From positions 3,043,589-3,107,588 of the forward strand of contig MU053994.1 of assembly GCA_013239625.1 (NCBI GenBank): a stretch of 64,000 bases of DNA, in the 5' to 3' direction. Below, one piece after another: positions 24,660-37,305 of the stretch; position 1 is the stretch's first letter, and the number at the start of each line of letters is the position of its first letter. This stretch comes from Lama guanicoe (Eukaryota). The notes below the pieces were generated by a model. It was not told where the DNA came from and made no database searches. It saw only the letters and a list, made by a program, of their open reading frames with translations. The position numbers and the translations under genes were made by a program.

Positions 24660-25564
24660 ACTTCCTTTTAATTTTTCTTTCCACACTAATTAATAAATAA
24701 ACTACTGCAACGAAAAGAAAAAAAAAGCAAGCGGAATCCAAATATCCTTTCGGTTGCCATTTAGTTATATAAGAAGGACGAATTAAGGCTAGCTGGCGGT
24801 AGAGTTCCTCCAATGCTACGCTCCAAATCCGAGCCCCTGCACCGGCCTTAAATCAAAAGCAGGCACCAGCCGCAAGCACAGAAAGTGGGGCAGAGTTCTG
24901 CCAGCAGCTAACATGATAGCCTGCTTCTGGGGGGACGACTGTCACAGGTCCCAGAACTAGGCCCGGCTAAAAGTCACCAGCCCTGAACGCCTCCTAGTAC
25001 CCCGCCTCCCCCTCAATTTGGCTTCTTTGCAGGGACGGGCTCCAGGCAGCTTCCTCTGTAAGGTGCCCCCATGCCCAACCTGCCACCAGAGTTGCTGGAT
25101 CAGGGAGCAGATTTCTGCCCCAAGGTACCCGGCCACCAGCGTCCCCTTGCCCAGAAAAAGAAAACAGTGTTTATGAAGAGCCAGAAACCACTTTGTCTCA
25201 ATAGGGGGAGCTGTGGGAGGCTGCGGACCTGAGGAGGCAGAGGGAACAGCCTAGGGGAACAAAAGGCTGAGGGAAGGGGAGGGGGGAGGGAGAGAGAATA
25301 AAGAGATGCTAGCAAAGAGAGGGGCAGGGCGCAGGAATTCAGCCTCTGCCTGTGCACCCTGCCGCCTTCCAGGCCTTTCTGAGGCCCACTGCAGCAGCAT
25401 CCCGTCTTCCAGAACTATAATCCCTCGTCTTCTGATTCACCAGACACCTATGACCTATAACCTTCGGAGGTTCAGTAAGCTTGAAATTTCTGGTACTTAA
25501 ACTCAATGGAGCTCTAAATAACATGCCCCTCAAATCGAAGCTTTCTCGTGTTACTTAAAAAAAA

Positions 25565-26000
25565 AAATTTTACTTTTTAGAGCAGTTTTAGGTTCACAGC
25601 AAAATTGAGAGGAAGGTGCAGAGATTTCCCATATAGCTCTTGCCCCCACATGTGCATAACCTCCTCTATTATCAACATCCCCTATGGAGAGGTATGTTTG
25701 TTACACTTGAACCTACATGAATACATCATCACTCAAAGTCCATAGGTTACATTACGGTTTGCTGTTACATGGGTTTGGACAAATATAAAGTGATGTGTAT
25801 CCACCATTACAGATCATGTGAACTAGTTCCACTGCCCTAAAAATCCTCTGAGCTCCTGCTGCTCATCCCCCACCATCCCCTCTCCAGCAATCACTGATCC
25901 TTTAACTGTGTCCATAGTTTTGTGTTTTCCAGAATATTATATAGTTGGAATCAGGCAGGATGTAGCCTTTTCCGATTGGCTTCTTTCATTCAGTAATTCA
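25565..26000 (-). mobile_element. L1MC-like 3' end
   Basis: tttttagagcagttttaggttcacagcaaaattgag; gtagccttttccgattggcttctttca. Confidence 0.85.
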
Positions 26001-26574
26001 TTTTACTTTTATGGTAAAAGTATCCTGCTTACATTTTCCTAACCTTCTCTCTTTTAGTGTACACAGCCCATAATACCTTCCAGGTGAGGCAAAAAGCTTA
26101 TTTCAGGCCTACAAATACATTGGAATCAAGTGTTTTTCCTTTAGGAAAAGGGAAAGTAACACTGCAGACTGGAAACTGGAAATCGCAGCGTTTCTCATTT
26201 CCGCCACAGTCCCATCTTTCTAAAGCATTGTTGACTTCATCTTCCAGAGCAGGGATGTTAAAACTTAGGGATGCATGCTCAGAAGAGTGGCTGCTTCACC
26301 CAGGGATGGGCATGACCTGGAGCCTGGCGTCCATGGAACCATCCTGAGGGCTGCCTCTCCCCAGCCAAGCAGCGTGGTCCCACCTGCCATACACAGAGCC
26401 CAGCAATGCTCTGTATGGAGGCAAAACCATGGGGGCCTGTTTCAGGAGGCCTTGCCAAGACTCATCCCCTGCTTAATTCTCTGGAGGTCATGAGCATGGT
26501 GCTACTGGCAGGTGTCTCCCTTGCTTCATCCCCACACTGTCTGTGCAGCATCCTCCCATCAGCCAGAATCATAA

Positions 26575-26820
26575 CAACAGAAATTGATATTTGCCGACTG
26601 CTAATTACCTGCCAGGCACCGTACTAGGCCCTTTATGTGTATTTAATCCTCACAACCGTATGAGGTAGGTAATAGCAGTATCCTCCATTCTATAACTGAG
26701 GAAGCTGAGGCACCGAACAATTAGGTTATACGCTCAAGGCCACACAGCTTGGAAGTGGCCTAACCAGGATTTGAGTCCAGACAGTCTAGCTTCAGAGCTC
26801 AGCTGTTAGGCACTACATTG
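26575..26820 (-). mobile_element. MIR SINE
   Basis: atttaatcctcacaac...gaggtagg...gaggaagctgaggcac...caaggccacacagc. Confidence 0.8.
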
Positions 26821-26834
26821 TGATGGGGCAGATA

Positions 26835-27275
26835 CTGGTTATACGTTGCTGTGGAACTAATGACTCCATACCTTGGTGGCTTAAAACAATGGACAGTAGT
26901 CATCACATTTAGTTTCTAAGGGTCAGGAATCTGGGTGCTCAGAGGGGCTGGTGGGGAAGGCTACAGTCAAGCTGTCGACCAGGACTGTGGTCTCCCAAGA
27001 CTTGACTGGGCCTAAGAGATCTTCTTTGAAGCTCATTCATGTGGCTGTTGGCAAGAGGCCTCAGTGCCTTGCCATGTGGGTCTCCCTAGGGCTACTCTGG
27101 TCCAGCGTTCCCGCAGGGTGACTGAGAGATTGAGAGATGAGCCACCCGGCCTTTTATGACCTAGTCTCCTGGTCGCACATCATCACTTCTGCCTTATTCT
27201 ATTCATTAAGTCCAGCCCACACCCAACAGGAGGGCATTACACAAAGACGTGAACACCAAGAAGCAGAGATCACAG
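26835..27275 (-). mobile_element. MLT1-type LTR
   Basis: ggtggcttaaaacaa; gggtcaggaatctggg; catcacttctgccttattctattcatt. Confidence 0.7.
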
Positions 27276-27609
27276 GTATGAACAGGAGTGAAACAGAAAG
27301 GGATCTTGCCCTCAAAAAATCATAAAACCTGCTCTAGAAGGGACAACGAAGAGCTCCCCGGCCCTGTGCAGATGCTGGTTACCACTCAACAAGCCCTTGC
27401 CCTGTGTCTGACACATTTCACCGGACGCCACGGAGAGAGACTTGTCTAGAACATGAGCTCTGTGGGGACAGGTCCCACGTCTTAGATGCCATATGGTTTT
27501 TAGGCTTCTATGAATGTTTTTAATTGACACTAAAGAAGTAAAAGATGTACTCACTGCTCTTAGAAAGGGAACGACCTAGTTAAATATTCTTAATTACATT
27601 CTATTTGCA

Positions 27610-28442
27610 TACTTCTGTGGTAAAATATACATACCATAAAAGTTATCGCTTTGACCATTTTTAAGTGTACCAGTTAGTGGCATTAAGCCCATTCGCATTG
27701 TTGTGCAACCATCACCACCATCTATCTCCAGAACTTTATGATCCCAAGTTGAAAAGCTATGCCCATAAAACAAGAACTCTCCATTCCCCCCTCCATCCAG
27801 CCCCTGGAAACCACCATTCAACTTTCTGTCTCTAAGGTACCTGATTAAGTGGAATCATCCAATATTTGTCTTTTTTTTTTTTTTTATTTTTTTTTTTTTT
27901 TTACATTTTTTATTGATTCATAATCATTTTACAGTGTTGTGTCAAATTTCAGTGTTCAGCACAATTTTTCAGTCATTCATGGACATATACACACTCATTG
28001 TCACATTTTTTCTCTGTGATTTATCATAACATTTTGTGTATATTTCCCTGTGCTATACAGTGTAATCTTGTTTATCTATTCTACAATTTTGAAACAATAT
28101 TTGTCTTTTTGTGCCTGGCTTATTTCACCTAGCATAATGTCTCCAAGCATCATCCATGTTATAGCATGTGTCAGAATTTCCTCACTTTTTAAGGCTAAAT
28201 AATATTCCATTGTATGAATATACCACATTTTGTTTATCCATTCATTCATCAATGGACATTTGGGTTCCTTCCACGGTTTGGCAATTGTGAATAACGCTGC
28301 TGTGAACATGGGTATGCAAATGTTTGAGCTCCTGCTTTCAATTCTTTTGGGTATATCCCCAGAAGTGGAATTTCTGGATCATATGGTAATTTGATGTTTA
28401 ATTTTTTATGTTTAATTTTTTGAGGGACCACCATACTGTCTT
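27610..28442 (-). mobile_element. L1MB-like 3' fragment hosting a young L1 insertion
   Basis: ORFs 28249-28434(-) and 28076-28309(-) give L1 ORF2 C-terminus ([37 protein letters not shown]). Confidence 0.88.
27876..28094 (-). mobile_element. Young 5'-truncated L1 3' end
   Basis: Long poly-T; TSD caatatttgtcttttt at 27860-27875 and 28095-28110. Confidence 0.9.
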
Positions 28443-29365
28443 CCTAACAAGCTAGTTTGAACAAGAATAAACGTCTCTGGTTTTGGACCCCTGTGCTCAG
28501 CCCTTTGCACGCTTTATCTCAAACTAACACTGCAAGGTCGTGTCACTATTCTCATTTTCAACAGATTAGTTTACTCAACATCATACAACCCGTTGGGAGA
28601 CAAAGTCAACACAGGTGGGTCACTTAGCAAGGCAAATGGCTATGAGGTGAGTTTAATAAAGCACAAGTTTGGTCCAACAAACGAGGCCACACACTGTAGT
28701 TATCCACAGAAAGGTTCCTAAAAGGAGGAAGTGAACCAAATTTTGAAGGTGTCCCACAACAAGGCGTCTTGTGGGAAGCGAGAACACCTGACGGCGGAGG
28801 AGGCCACTCCCCACCTCAAACCCCGGGGGGCTGTGTGTGATTTTCTTATTTGCTTGCCAGGGGCTCCACACAGCATCCGCATTTTTCGGAGACTTTTTGA
28901 GTAGCATCAGCCCACGCGGCAGAGCGGCCTGGTTCTGAAGCCTCGATCACAGCAGAGCCATCTCTTGCCCTGGCCCCCTCAGAGCTGGCTTCCTCTGCGG
29001 TCTTCAGCAGTTGGATCAGAGCAGCCCAAGGTGTTGTTACAACTTGTGTTTCACTTTGGAAGCAACATCCTGCTGGTTCCCTAGAAACTTCCTCAAGCTG
29101 GTAGAAATTTCTGTAAGTGGATAGTGACTCAAGTTGAGAAGAAGTGATCAGAAAGACGAGTGGGAGGGAGAGAAGGCATTCTAGGCAGAGGAAGGGCAGA
29201 GACACGGGGACACAGACAAGCAAATGACAAAGGATTCGCGACTTGATCTATGAAGAGAGAGCAAAGATCATGGGAAGAGGAGACGGGGAGAGACGTGGCA
29301 GAGCAGGACTCAGTGAGCTTTCCTGCATGTTTTCTGTATGACCCCACAAGTCCTCTCCTGGGCAC

Positions 29366-29880
29366 GTGTCAGGAGTCCCCAAGCCAACATGATTCACAGG
29401 GAGGGCTCACAGGCCTCATGGCTGAGATTTACCGCAGTACAAGGACACAAAGCACAATCAGCACAGGGAAAAGACGCGTGCGACCAAGCCCAGGGGAGGC
29501 CAGGCGCAAGCTTCCAGGAGTCCCGTCCCTGTGCAGTCACACAGGACATGCATAATTCCCCCCAGCAACTAGTTGTGACAACACATGTGAACTGTTGCCT
29601 ACCAGGAAAGCCCTTTAGAGACTCAGCACCCAGGGTTTTTATTGGGGGCTGGTCACGTGCCAGGCGCTGTCTGCCCGAACCTAAATTCCCAGGAGGCAAG
29701 CAGGTGTTCAGCACAAACCAGAGTGTTCGCAGACCGTCTAGGCACAGGGAGCCACCCTTATCACCTGGAAGGGAATCTTGCTAAAATGCAAGTTCCCAGA
29801 CACCAGCCAATGGCTAACTTTGCAAGCAGGCCTTTCTAAGGATAGGCCAGTGGCCTGCTGTGTTAACCCCTTCCTGCACG
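29366..29880 (-). mobile_element. MER21/MER77-group solo LTR
   Basis: ttgcaagcaggcctttctaaggatag...ctgctgtgttaacccc; cagggtttttattgggggctggtcac. Confidence 0.75.
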
Positions 29881-30059
29881 GCATGTATCCCATGGGACTG
29901 GTCGAGTGGGCCCATGAGGGGTACTCAGGAGGTGCTTACACAGTGCTGCTTGTGGTGGCAGGGATTCCCAGGCAACCTGGGAGTCTGTGGTTCAGTGTGG
30001 TGGGGACACACCCCAGAAGAGCACACAGCAATTCGAAACAATGGATTACATGTATGTGT

Positions 30060-30425
30060 AGTATCAGGAATGGATCTGAAAAACTGACTCCTTAGTGAAA
30101 AAAAGTAAGAAACAGGATGAATTATATAACCCAATATCATCCATGTAAATTCAAAATATATGTATACGGGTACCAGTCATCTAAATTTCAAAAACAGGAA
30201 ACATAATCTACGCTGTTAGAAGTCCACATCCAAATTACCCTTGGAGAGGTGGTGACTCGAAGGGGAACGAGATACTTCTGGAACATGGCTCATGTTCTCT
30301 TTCTTGGGCTGGGCGCTGGTTACACAGCTGTGTTCATTTTGGGAAAATTCACCCTGCTGTGCACTTATGATGTGTGCATTTTTCCATATGTATGTTACAC
30401 GGCTGTACAATTTACAGTAAAACCA
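30060..30425 (+). mobile_element. Old L1 (L1ME-like) 3' fragment
   Basis: tggttacacagctgtgttcattttgggaaaattcaccctgctgtgcacttatgatgtgtgcattttt. Confidence 0.7.
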
Positions 30426-31029
30426 AAAACACATTCATGGAAAACAGCAATAACCAGTTTGCAAAAGCACATATGAAGGAAAAGATACAGCATATTGGTT
30501 TCCCCAACTGTTATCCATTGCTTCATGTAGGAGTGACAAAAACATTTGCCTGTAAATGTTTTTGACCAAAACCCCCCAGCTAGTGGCTTTAGTGCTAGGT
30601 GAGTTCTGAATTAGGTCACATAAAACACATACACATGAGACAGGCCTTACAGGGATCAAAGTTCTTAATATGTCACAAACAGAGGCGTATCATTAATTTG
30701 ACCCTCTGTACCTGAGGTTAAAAAAAAAAGATGCAGAAAAACTCTGCGTGTGATCTCACCATTCAGAGAGATCCACTGTAGAACTTGATTTCTTTCTGAT
30801 GTTTAGGAGCCTGTCTCCATCTACCCCAGTTTCCTAAGGGATTAGGGACCCCCACTCCCTAACTCTCCTCAACCCGGAGGAAGAACTGATCCCAGAGGGC
30901 CCACCAGCCTCTTCCGGAACTGCGGAAGTGCGGAGGCTTCTCTGGTCAACATGCAGCCCTGCTGAGTGATTTAGTGGGGAAGAAAGATGAGCTCTAATCA
31001 AATCCCCGGAAAGACTTAAAAGAGCTTAG

Positions 31030-31217
31030 CAAGTGCTCACACTTGAGCTGCATCCCAATGCCCTGGAGAGCTCATTAAAGCTCTGTGTGCTGGGCCCCTC
31101 CCCCCAGAGTTTCTGATTCAACAGGTCTAGGGTGAAGCCAGAGAGTTTGCATTTTGAACAAATTCCCAGGTGCTGCTGCTGCTGCTGGTCCCAGAAGTTC
31201 ACCTGGAGAACCACTGG
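31030..31217. mobile_element. MER5A (hAT-Charlie MITE)
   Basis: gctgggcccctcccccagagtttctgattcaacaggtctagggtg...tttgcattttgaacaaattcccaggtg...gagaaccactg. Confidence 0.85.
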
Positions 31218-31535
31218 TGCTACGAAGAAGTATGGTTACTGCTATTTCTGATTAGCAAGCTTTCCTCCCCCAGGGCTATCTCAGGTTCCAGAACAAACCT
31301 CAGCCCTGGCTGCTGTCTAAGCAGGTGGTGTGGCCTGAGAAGTGAAGCTAATCCCACAGACAATGGAGGAAAGTTGGAGGAGGGGAGCTACATGGGCTTG
31401 GAGACATCAACACACAGCTTCTGCAACCAGCCCTGCCCTCCATCCTGCGCAAGAGGTGATGCTCTGAGCTTTCAGCTGAGAAATCTGGACCATAGCCAAA
31501 TTCACTAGGGTGATAGTCTCAGGGAAACATGAGCA

Positions 31536-32170
31536 TAAAACTGAACAGGACCCTGAAGGGCCCTCCTGAGTACAAAAGCCCCTCCATGTTGCCTGTTTAT
31601 TGTCCGTAGAGAAAACGCTTTAATCTCCTAGGCTTTCCCTGAGTTCCAAAGAATAGATCCAAGCAGTTACTAATTAGGAGAGTGAGGGAACTCAGAAACA
31701 AAGGAAAAGCAGTTAAGCAAGAAAAGAATAGTTTAAACAATAGTCAGCAATGAAACAGTCCTAGCTCCTCCTCTAGAGATATACATAACAATCTGACACT
31801 TATCTTTGAGTGGTTCTGCAGAAACTAAGACCTCCCTCACCTACCCAGGTGAAGGCTGACCACCAGTGCCTAGACCCCAGACGGGTTGGAACCAGGAGGT
31901 TGATGATTAAGATTCCTGAAACATCACTCTGTTACCCCACCACCAACTAATCAGAAGAAAGTCCACAAGCTGCAACCCTCACCCCATATGTTGCCTTAAA
32001 AACCCTTCTCTGAAAGCCATTGGGGAGTTCAGGTCTTTGAGCATGAGCTGCCCACTTTCCTTGCTTGGCACCCTGTGGTGAATGCTGCACTCTCCTTCAC
32101 CACATCCCAGTGTCAGTAGATTGGCTTTGCTGCGTGATGGGCAAGTGGACCCAAGTTTGGTTTGGTAACA
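31536..32170 (+). mobile_element. ERV1-type solo LTR
   Basis: Ends in gtttggtaaca; TATA-like ccttaaaaaccc; homologous to 17579-18165. Confidence 0.8.
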
Positions 32171-32626
32171 AGTATGTGTCCAAGAAGGGGGTTCCCCTGG
32201 TAATTACATGATGATCCCTTCTGAAGAAAGAATGTGTTCCAGAAGAGCATGGTCAGTAGAGAGTCTAAACCAGGGCTTCCTAAATTTTCACACACCAAAA
32301 GTTATAACATTTGTATTATTTATTTGAGAGTGTCCATAAGAGCCTTGGTTTTAAAAAATGAAAAAAACTATTATATTTCCTTTATAGTATATAATTATGA
32401 TAATAATAAATATGGAATGTGTGTAAAATTCAAATCAAATTACTATAAAATGTACAACCATCAGTTCTGGGGCAGGACTACAGCCCGTTCCCAGCACCTA
32501 AAGAGCCATGGCACTCTGGCTGGAAGGCTTTGCTTCAGAGCCCACTGGCCCACAGAGCAGGAATCTGGCAGTGTTCCACCTGCTGGAGGCAAGGGGCAAT
32601 CTGGCCGAGAGGTTCCCATGTGGTAG

Positions 32627-33100
32627 TGTATTGGTTAGCTATGGCTGTGTAACAAAACTTAGCTTAAAACAACAGTGAGCATTTATCATTTTATGGTGTC
32701 TGTGGGTCAGGAGTATGGGACTGATTCTGACTCAGGGTCTCTTGTTAGGTTGCAGTCCAGCCCAGGCTGAAGTCTCTGCGGACTTGACTGGGGCTGGAGC
32801 ATCTACTTCCAAAATGGCTGACTCAAATGGCTGGCTGTTGGCAGGCAACCCCAGTTCCTCAACACATCGGCCTCTCCAAAGGGCTGTGAGAGTGTCCTCA
32901 CAAATGGCAGCTGGCTCCCCCCAAGGAGTGAATCAAGAGATAGCAAAGTGGAAGCTGCAGTGTCTCTTATGGCCCTCAGATGGCACACACTGTCACTTCT
33001 GTGGTATCTTATTGGCGAGACAGGCCAGCCCTGTTCATTATAGGAGGGATGTGCACAAGCCAAGGTGAGGCTCTTTGGGGCCATCTTTGAGGCTCCTGCC
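32627..33100 (-). mobile_element. MLT1-type LTR
   Basis: tgtattggttagctatggctgtgtaacaaa...agcttaaaacaac; tctacttccaaaatggctgactca. Confidence 0.78.
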
Positions 33101-33214
33101 ACAGGTGGCTTCTGCGGTGGACAGCTAGGGCTCTGCACTCAGACTCTGGCCTCCGTGAACTATTCATCTGGGCTATTCTCTTTCCTTAGCTCTGATTTTG
33201 TACTTGCTTTACCA

Positions 33215-33640
33215 GTTAGGATTGGGTGTGGCCAGTAAAACAGAAAATAAATAAGTGATTTAAACAAGAAAGTTTGTTTCTCTTTCATTTAAAAGAAGTC
33301 TAGAGGTAAGCAGATCAAGGCTGATATGGTGGCTCCACAGAAATCTGGGGCCCAGGATCTTTCTATCTGTCTACTTCTTCATCCTTAGGGCATGGCTTCC
33401 ATCCCTCGGATTACAAAATGGCTGCTGGCAAGCTATCATCACACCCATATTCCAGGCAGGAAGTAGGGGAAGGGCAAAGGACAAAAGATATTTCCTAGAA
33501 TCCTCACCTACCAACTTCCACTTACATCTCAATAGTCATCCCTAGATATAAGGGAGACTCTGAACATCATTTTGTGTCTGGCACATTGCTATTCCAAATA
33601 ATATCGGGTACTGTTGGTAAGAGGGGAAGGAAGGAAAGGG
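33215..33640 (-). mobile_element. Old MLT1 (MLT1K/L-like) LTR
   Basis: gaagtctagaggtaagcag; caaaatggctgct; aacttccacttacatctca. Confidence 0.6.
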
Positions 33641-34294
33641 ACTGGGTAGGCATGTCTACCACTTTTGCTAAACAAGCTTCCCACAAAATAATTTGGTTTC
33701 CTGGATTCCTTCCTTCAGAGCAGGAGGGCTCTTAATGGGGAACATGGATATTTCTGGTACATGTAAACTTATGTTCAGTGTAAAGAAACATGTCCCTCTT
33801 CAAGTCAACACAGTGGTACCCAGCCTACATGTCAGTTTGGGGCCCTTTGATATTCCAAGACAGTGCTTGAATTGATGATATGGAGCTAGGAATCTTTTTC
33901 AGGTTGGCAGTCCTGTTGCCTGGAGTCCAAGACCTCAGGCATGCCTGCCAGCCAGCTCTCATGAGTCGGGCCACGTTCCCGGGGCACTGCCACGGCTCAC
34001 AGAGTTGCCAACCTCCGTCCCCGCCTCTGTCCGTGGGATTCTCTCCCACTTCCCGCCCACTCTGAGGGATGCCCTTCATCTCCCAATTCCTCCTTTGTCA
34101 CCCAGTGGGGCCTCTTCAGTCAACCCAGACTTTCCCGAAAGACTGGAAAGAGGACTTGCCTTGAGCTGCTCAGTTTTGACCCTCCAGAGCCCCTGAGGCC
34201 ACTACATAAGCCTGCTGGGTCTGCCCAGAGAGCGTATAAAAGAATCATTCAATAATTTATCCTGCCTCAAGTGATTGGTTGGGACCAACCTGGG

Positions 34295-34870
34295 AATGCT
34301 AAGAGCTTAAACTTTATTCTGTAGGCATCAGAAGCTACTGGAGGTTTCTCAAGAGGGGAAGTGACATGACCAGATTGTGCATTTTACAAAAATAATTCTG
34401 GAGGCAGTGGGGAGAGTGGACCGGAGTAGGGAGATGTAAAAGTAAGGACATCATTGGGAGGTGCCTGCCAGGTTCTCAAAGAGAAACAATGAGGCAGTCC
34501 AGATGGTATCTTTAAGGGAATTTGGTGATAGAATTGATAGAAAGCAGTGACATTGGAAATGGGAGATATAAAGAGAGGGAAAGGTGGGTCTGTGTTTTCT
34601 ACCTTTAGTTGCTGGATAATGATTTCTAGCATTAACTGAGCACTTATTATATACCTGACACTGTTCTAAGTACCTTACATGCACTAATTCATTTAATCCT
34701 CCTGCACTAGGTATGATTATTATCCCTATTCCCATTTTACAGATAAGAAAACTGAGGCCTCCAAAAGTTAACTTGCTCAAGGACACATAACTGGTAAGTG
34801 GAGGAGCTGGGATGCAGATCAAAGCAGTTTAGCTTCAGACACTGTGCTGTTAATCATTATGTTCTGCCAC
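34295..34870 (-). mobile_element. L2 fragment followed by a MIR
   Basis: L2: gtgacatgaccagattgtgcattttacaaaaataattctgg; MIR: attcccattttacagataagaaaactgaggc. Confidence 0.75.
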
Positions 34871-35419
34871 AGCACGTGACAGTCCTAGAAATGTCATTCA
34901 TGATGTCTGCCAATCCTCAGCATCTTCTGAGTGAGACTGTCCCACCCACAGCCCTGGAAGATGTTTTTCAATGGAACATCTGGCTCCACCCCCTTGGTGA
35001 AACCTGATCAGACCAAGGTGAGCATGTAACATGAGACAAATAAATCTATGGGCCCGACAAGATTTCCTCTCACTTGGGTGATTGAAACTAAGGCACACCG
35101 AGGGACTCGTCAGTTAACCGTGGGAGCAGAAGTTAAAAGGTCACAATGAATGTGGGCAGGCCTGAGTCAGCAGAGGTTATGAGGGAACAGAAAGGATGAA
35201 TGAGTAAGCAGAGATGTGGTCATCAGGAAGAGAAAGCAGCAGATTGCCCAGGAGAGGTAGAGACGTGATGAGAGAGCAGCCTGGAGAGGTCTCAGGCTCT
35301 TGCTGCCCTGGCTCCTTTCTGCCTCTCGTGGCCTGATGAGGCCCTGAGGCCTGTCTCCCTGATTGCCACATGTGGGGCCTGCAGTTGACCTCCCTGAGGA
35401 GAAACTGTTTTCTATAACC

Positions 35420-35970
35420 TAAAAAGTCCCAATTAAACTGGAGATACTGTCAACAGAGAGAGGGACAACAAGAAGAGCTGAGGAAGGAGATGTCCATCGA
35501 GGGCTCTGAAAAGCTCTGACATATTCCTGGGGATCTTGAAGGCCACCTGCATACATAGGGCTGTGCACATGCCCAGGAGAGACCAGAGAAGGTCCCCATC
35601 TCTTAGCTCTGGCTGACCTGGAGGCTCCGTGCAAGCAGGAAGTGAAGGCGACGGCAGAGTTGTCAATTGCCTCACTGAGTGTTGAAGGTGTACCCCAACA
35701 TAGCACAGAGCCCTCCAGCAATGACTGAAAGACTTATTAGTTCCAGACACTTGAGGAAATCTCTGTCCATTTATGAGCTGACCGCTAAGCTAATGAGCAG
35801 AGCCTTCAGTGGCTACTCATGACAAAGAATACACTGTACAGAATTAGTTCAGAAACAACCAACAAGAATAAATAGCAGTACAACTAACCCTGGAATGAAG
35901 GAGACTGTGATTTCCAGAGTTGTCACATTATATTATTTAAAGCATTCAATTTTCAACAAAGTTATGAAAA
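35420..35970 (+). mobile_element. Old L1M 5' region fragment
   Basis: catacatagggctgtgcacatgcccagg; gatttccagagttgtcacattatattatttaaa...ttttcaacaaa. Confidence 0.6.
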
Positions 35971-36494
35971 TGAGAAGAACTCAGAGGGGTCATGGTTGCA
36001 CATATCTGTGAATATAATAAAAAGCACTGAATTGTACACTTCAAATGGGTGAACTGTGTGATATGTAAGTTGTATCTTAATGAAACTGTTTAAAAAGGAA
36101 ATGCTTCATACTTTACACTGAACTTTCTGATTTTAAAACATGTGCTCATTTGGAAAAATATTAATCAAGATTAAAAAATTATTTAAAAGAAATGTTGATG
36201 TTGACAGCCAGTAAAATTTACTGAAATTTATTAAATTGTCAATGGTTGGCTTAATGAAATTATTTCTGAGGTCAAAACAAAATCCTGTCCTCAAACATAA
36301 TGGAGACATAATGATGGTGCAGTATGTGGAATTCTCAGTAGACTCTCTGCATAAAAAGAAATTAGATCTGAAGCAATTATGGCAAAATGTTAACATCTGA
36401 CAAAGCTAGGTGCTGAGTACATGGGTATTTGTTATATTATTCTCTCTTAATAATTCAAGTGCTGAAAATATTTCATGATAAAAATATAAAAAAG

Positions 36495-37305
36495 AGTGCT
36501 ACTATGCACCAATTAGAATGGCTAAAATTTAAAAGACTGACAATACCAAGTGCTGACAAGGATGTGGAGCAACCGGAACTCTCATACATGGCTGGTGGGA
36601 ATGTCAAATATTACTGCAACTCTGGAAAATGATTTGGTACTTCCTTATCAACATAAACATAGAATTACCATATGACTAGTCATTTTACTCTTAGATATTT
36701 ACCCAAAAGAAATACATACATATGTCCACACAAAGACTTATATACAAATATTCATGGCTGCTTTATTCATAATATCTTTAAAAAGATTGGAAATGGGGGG
36801 TGGGGTACTATTCAGTGGTAGAGTGCATGCTTAGCATGCATAAGGTCCTGGGTTCAATCCTCAGCATCTCCATTAAAATTAAGAAAAAAAAGATTGGAAA
36901 TAGCATAAATATCCATCAACAGGAAAATGGATAAACAAATTGTGGTACATCCACACAATGGAACACTACTCATCAATAAAAAAGGAATTATTCCTGACAC
37001 ATGCAACAACATGGATGAATCTCAAAAAACATGCTGAGCAAAAAAAGAAAGACGCAAAAAGGTACATACTGTATGATTCCACTTATGTGAAAGTTCCAAA
37101 AGACAGATCTAATCTAGAGTGACAGAAAGAGGATTGGTGGTTGCCTGCAAAGGGACACAATGGAAATTTTGAGGGTAATAACATCTTTTATACCTTGATT
37201 GTGATAGTGGCTACGTGCATATATAGCTTTGTCAAAATTCATCAAAATATACACTTAATATTGGTTCTTTAACTGTATGTAAAGTATATTTTAATAAAAC
37301 TGGTT
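36495..37305 (+). mobile_element. Old L1 (L1MD/ME-like) 3' end hosting a SINE
   Basis: tgctgacaaggatgtggagcaaccggaactctcatac; acatggatgaatctcaaaaaacatgctgag. Confidence 0.85.
36795..36886 (+). mobile_element. Vic-1-like SINE
   Basis: SINE body; TSD aaaaagattggaaat at 36780-36794 and 36887-36901. Confidence 0.9.
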
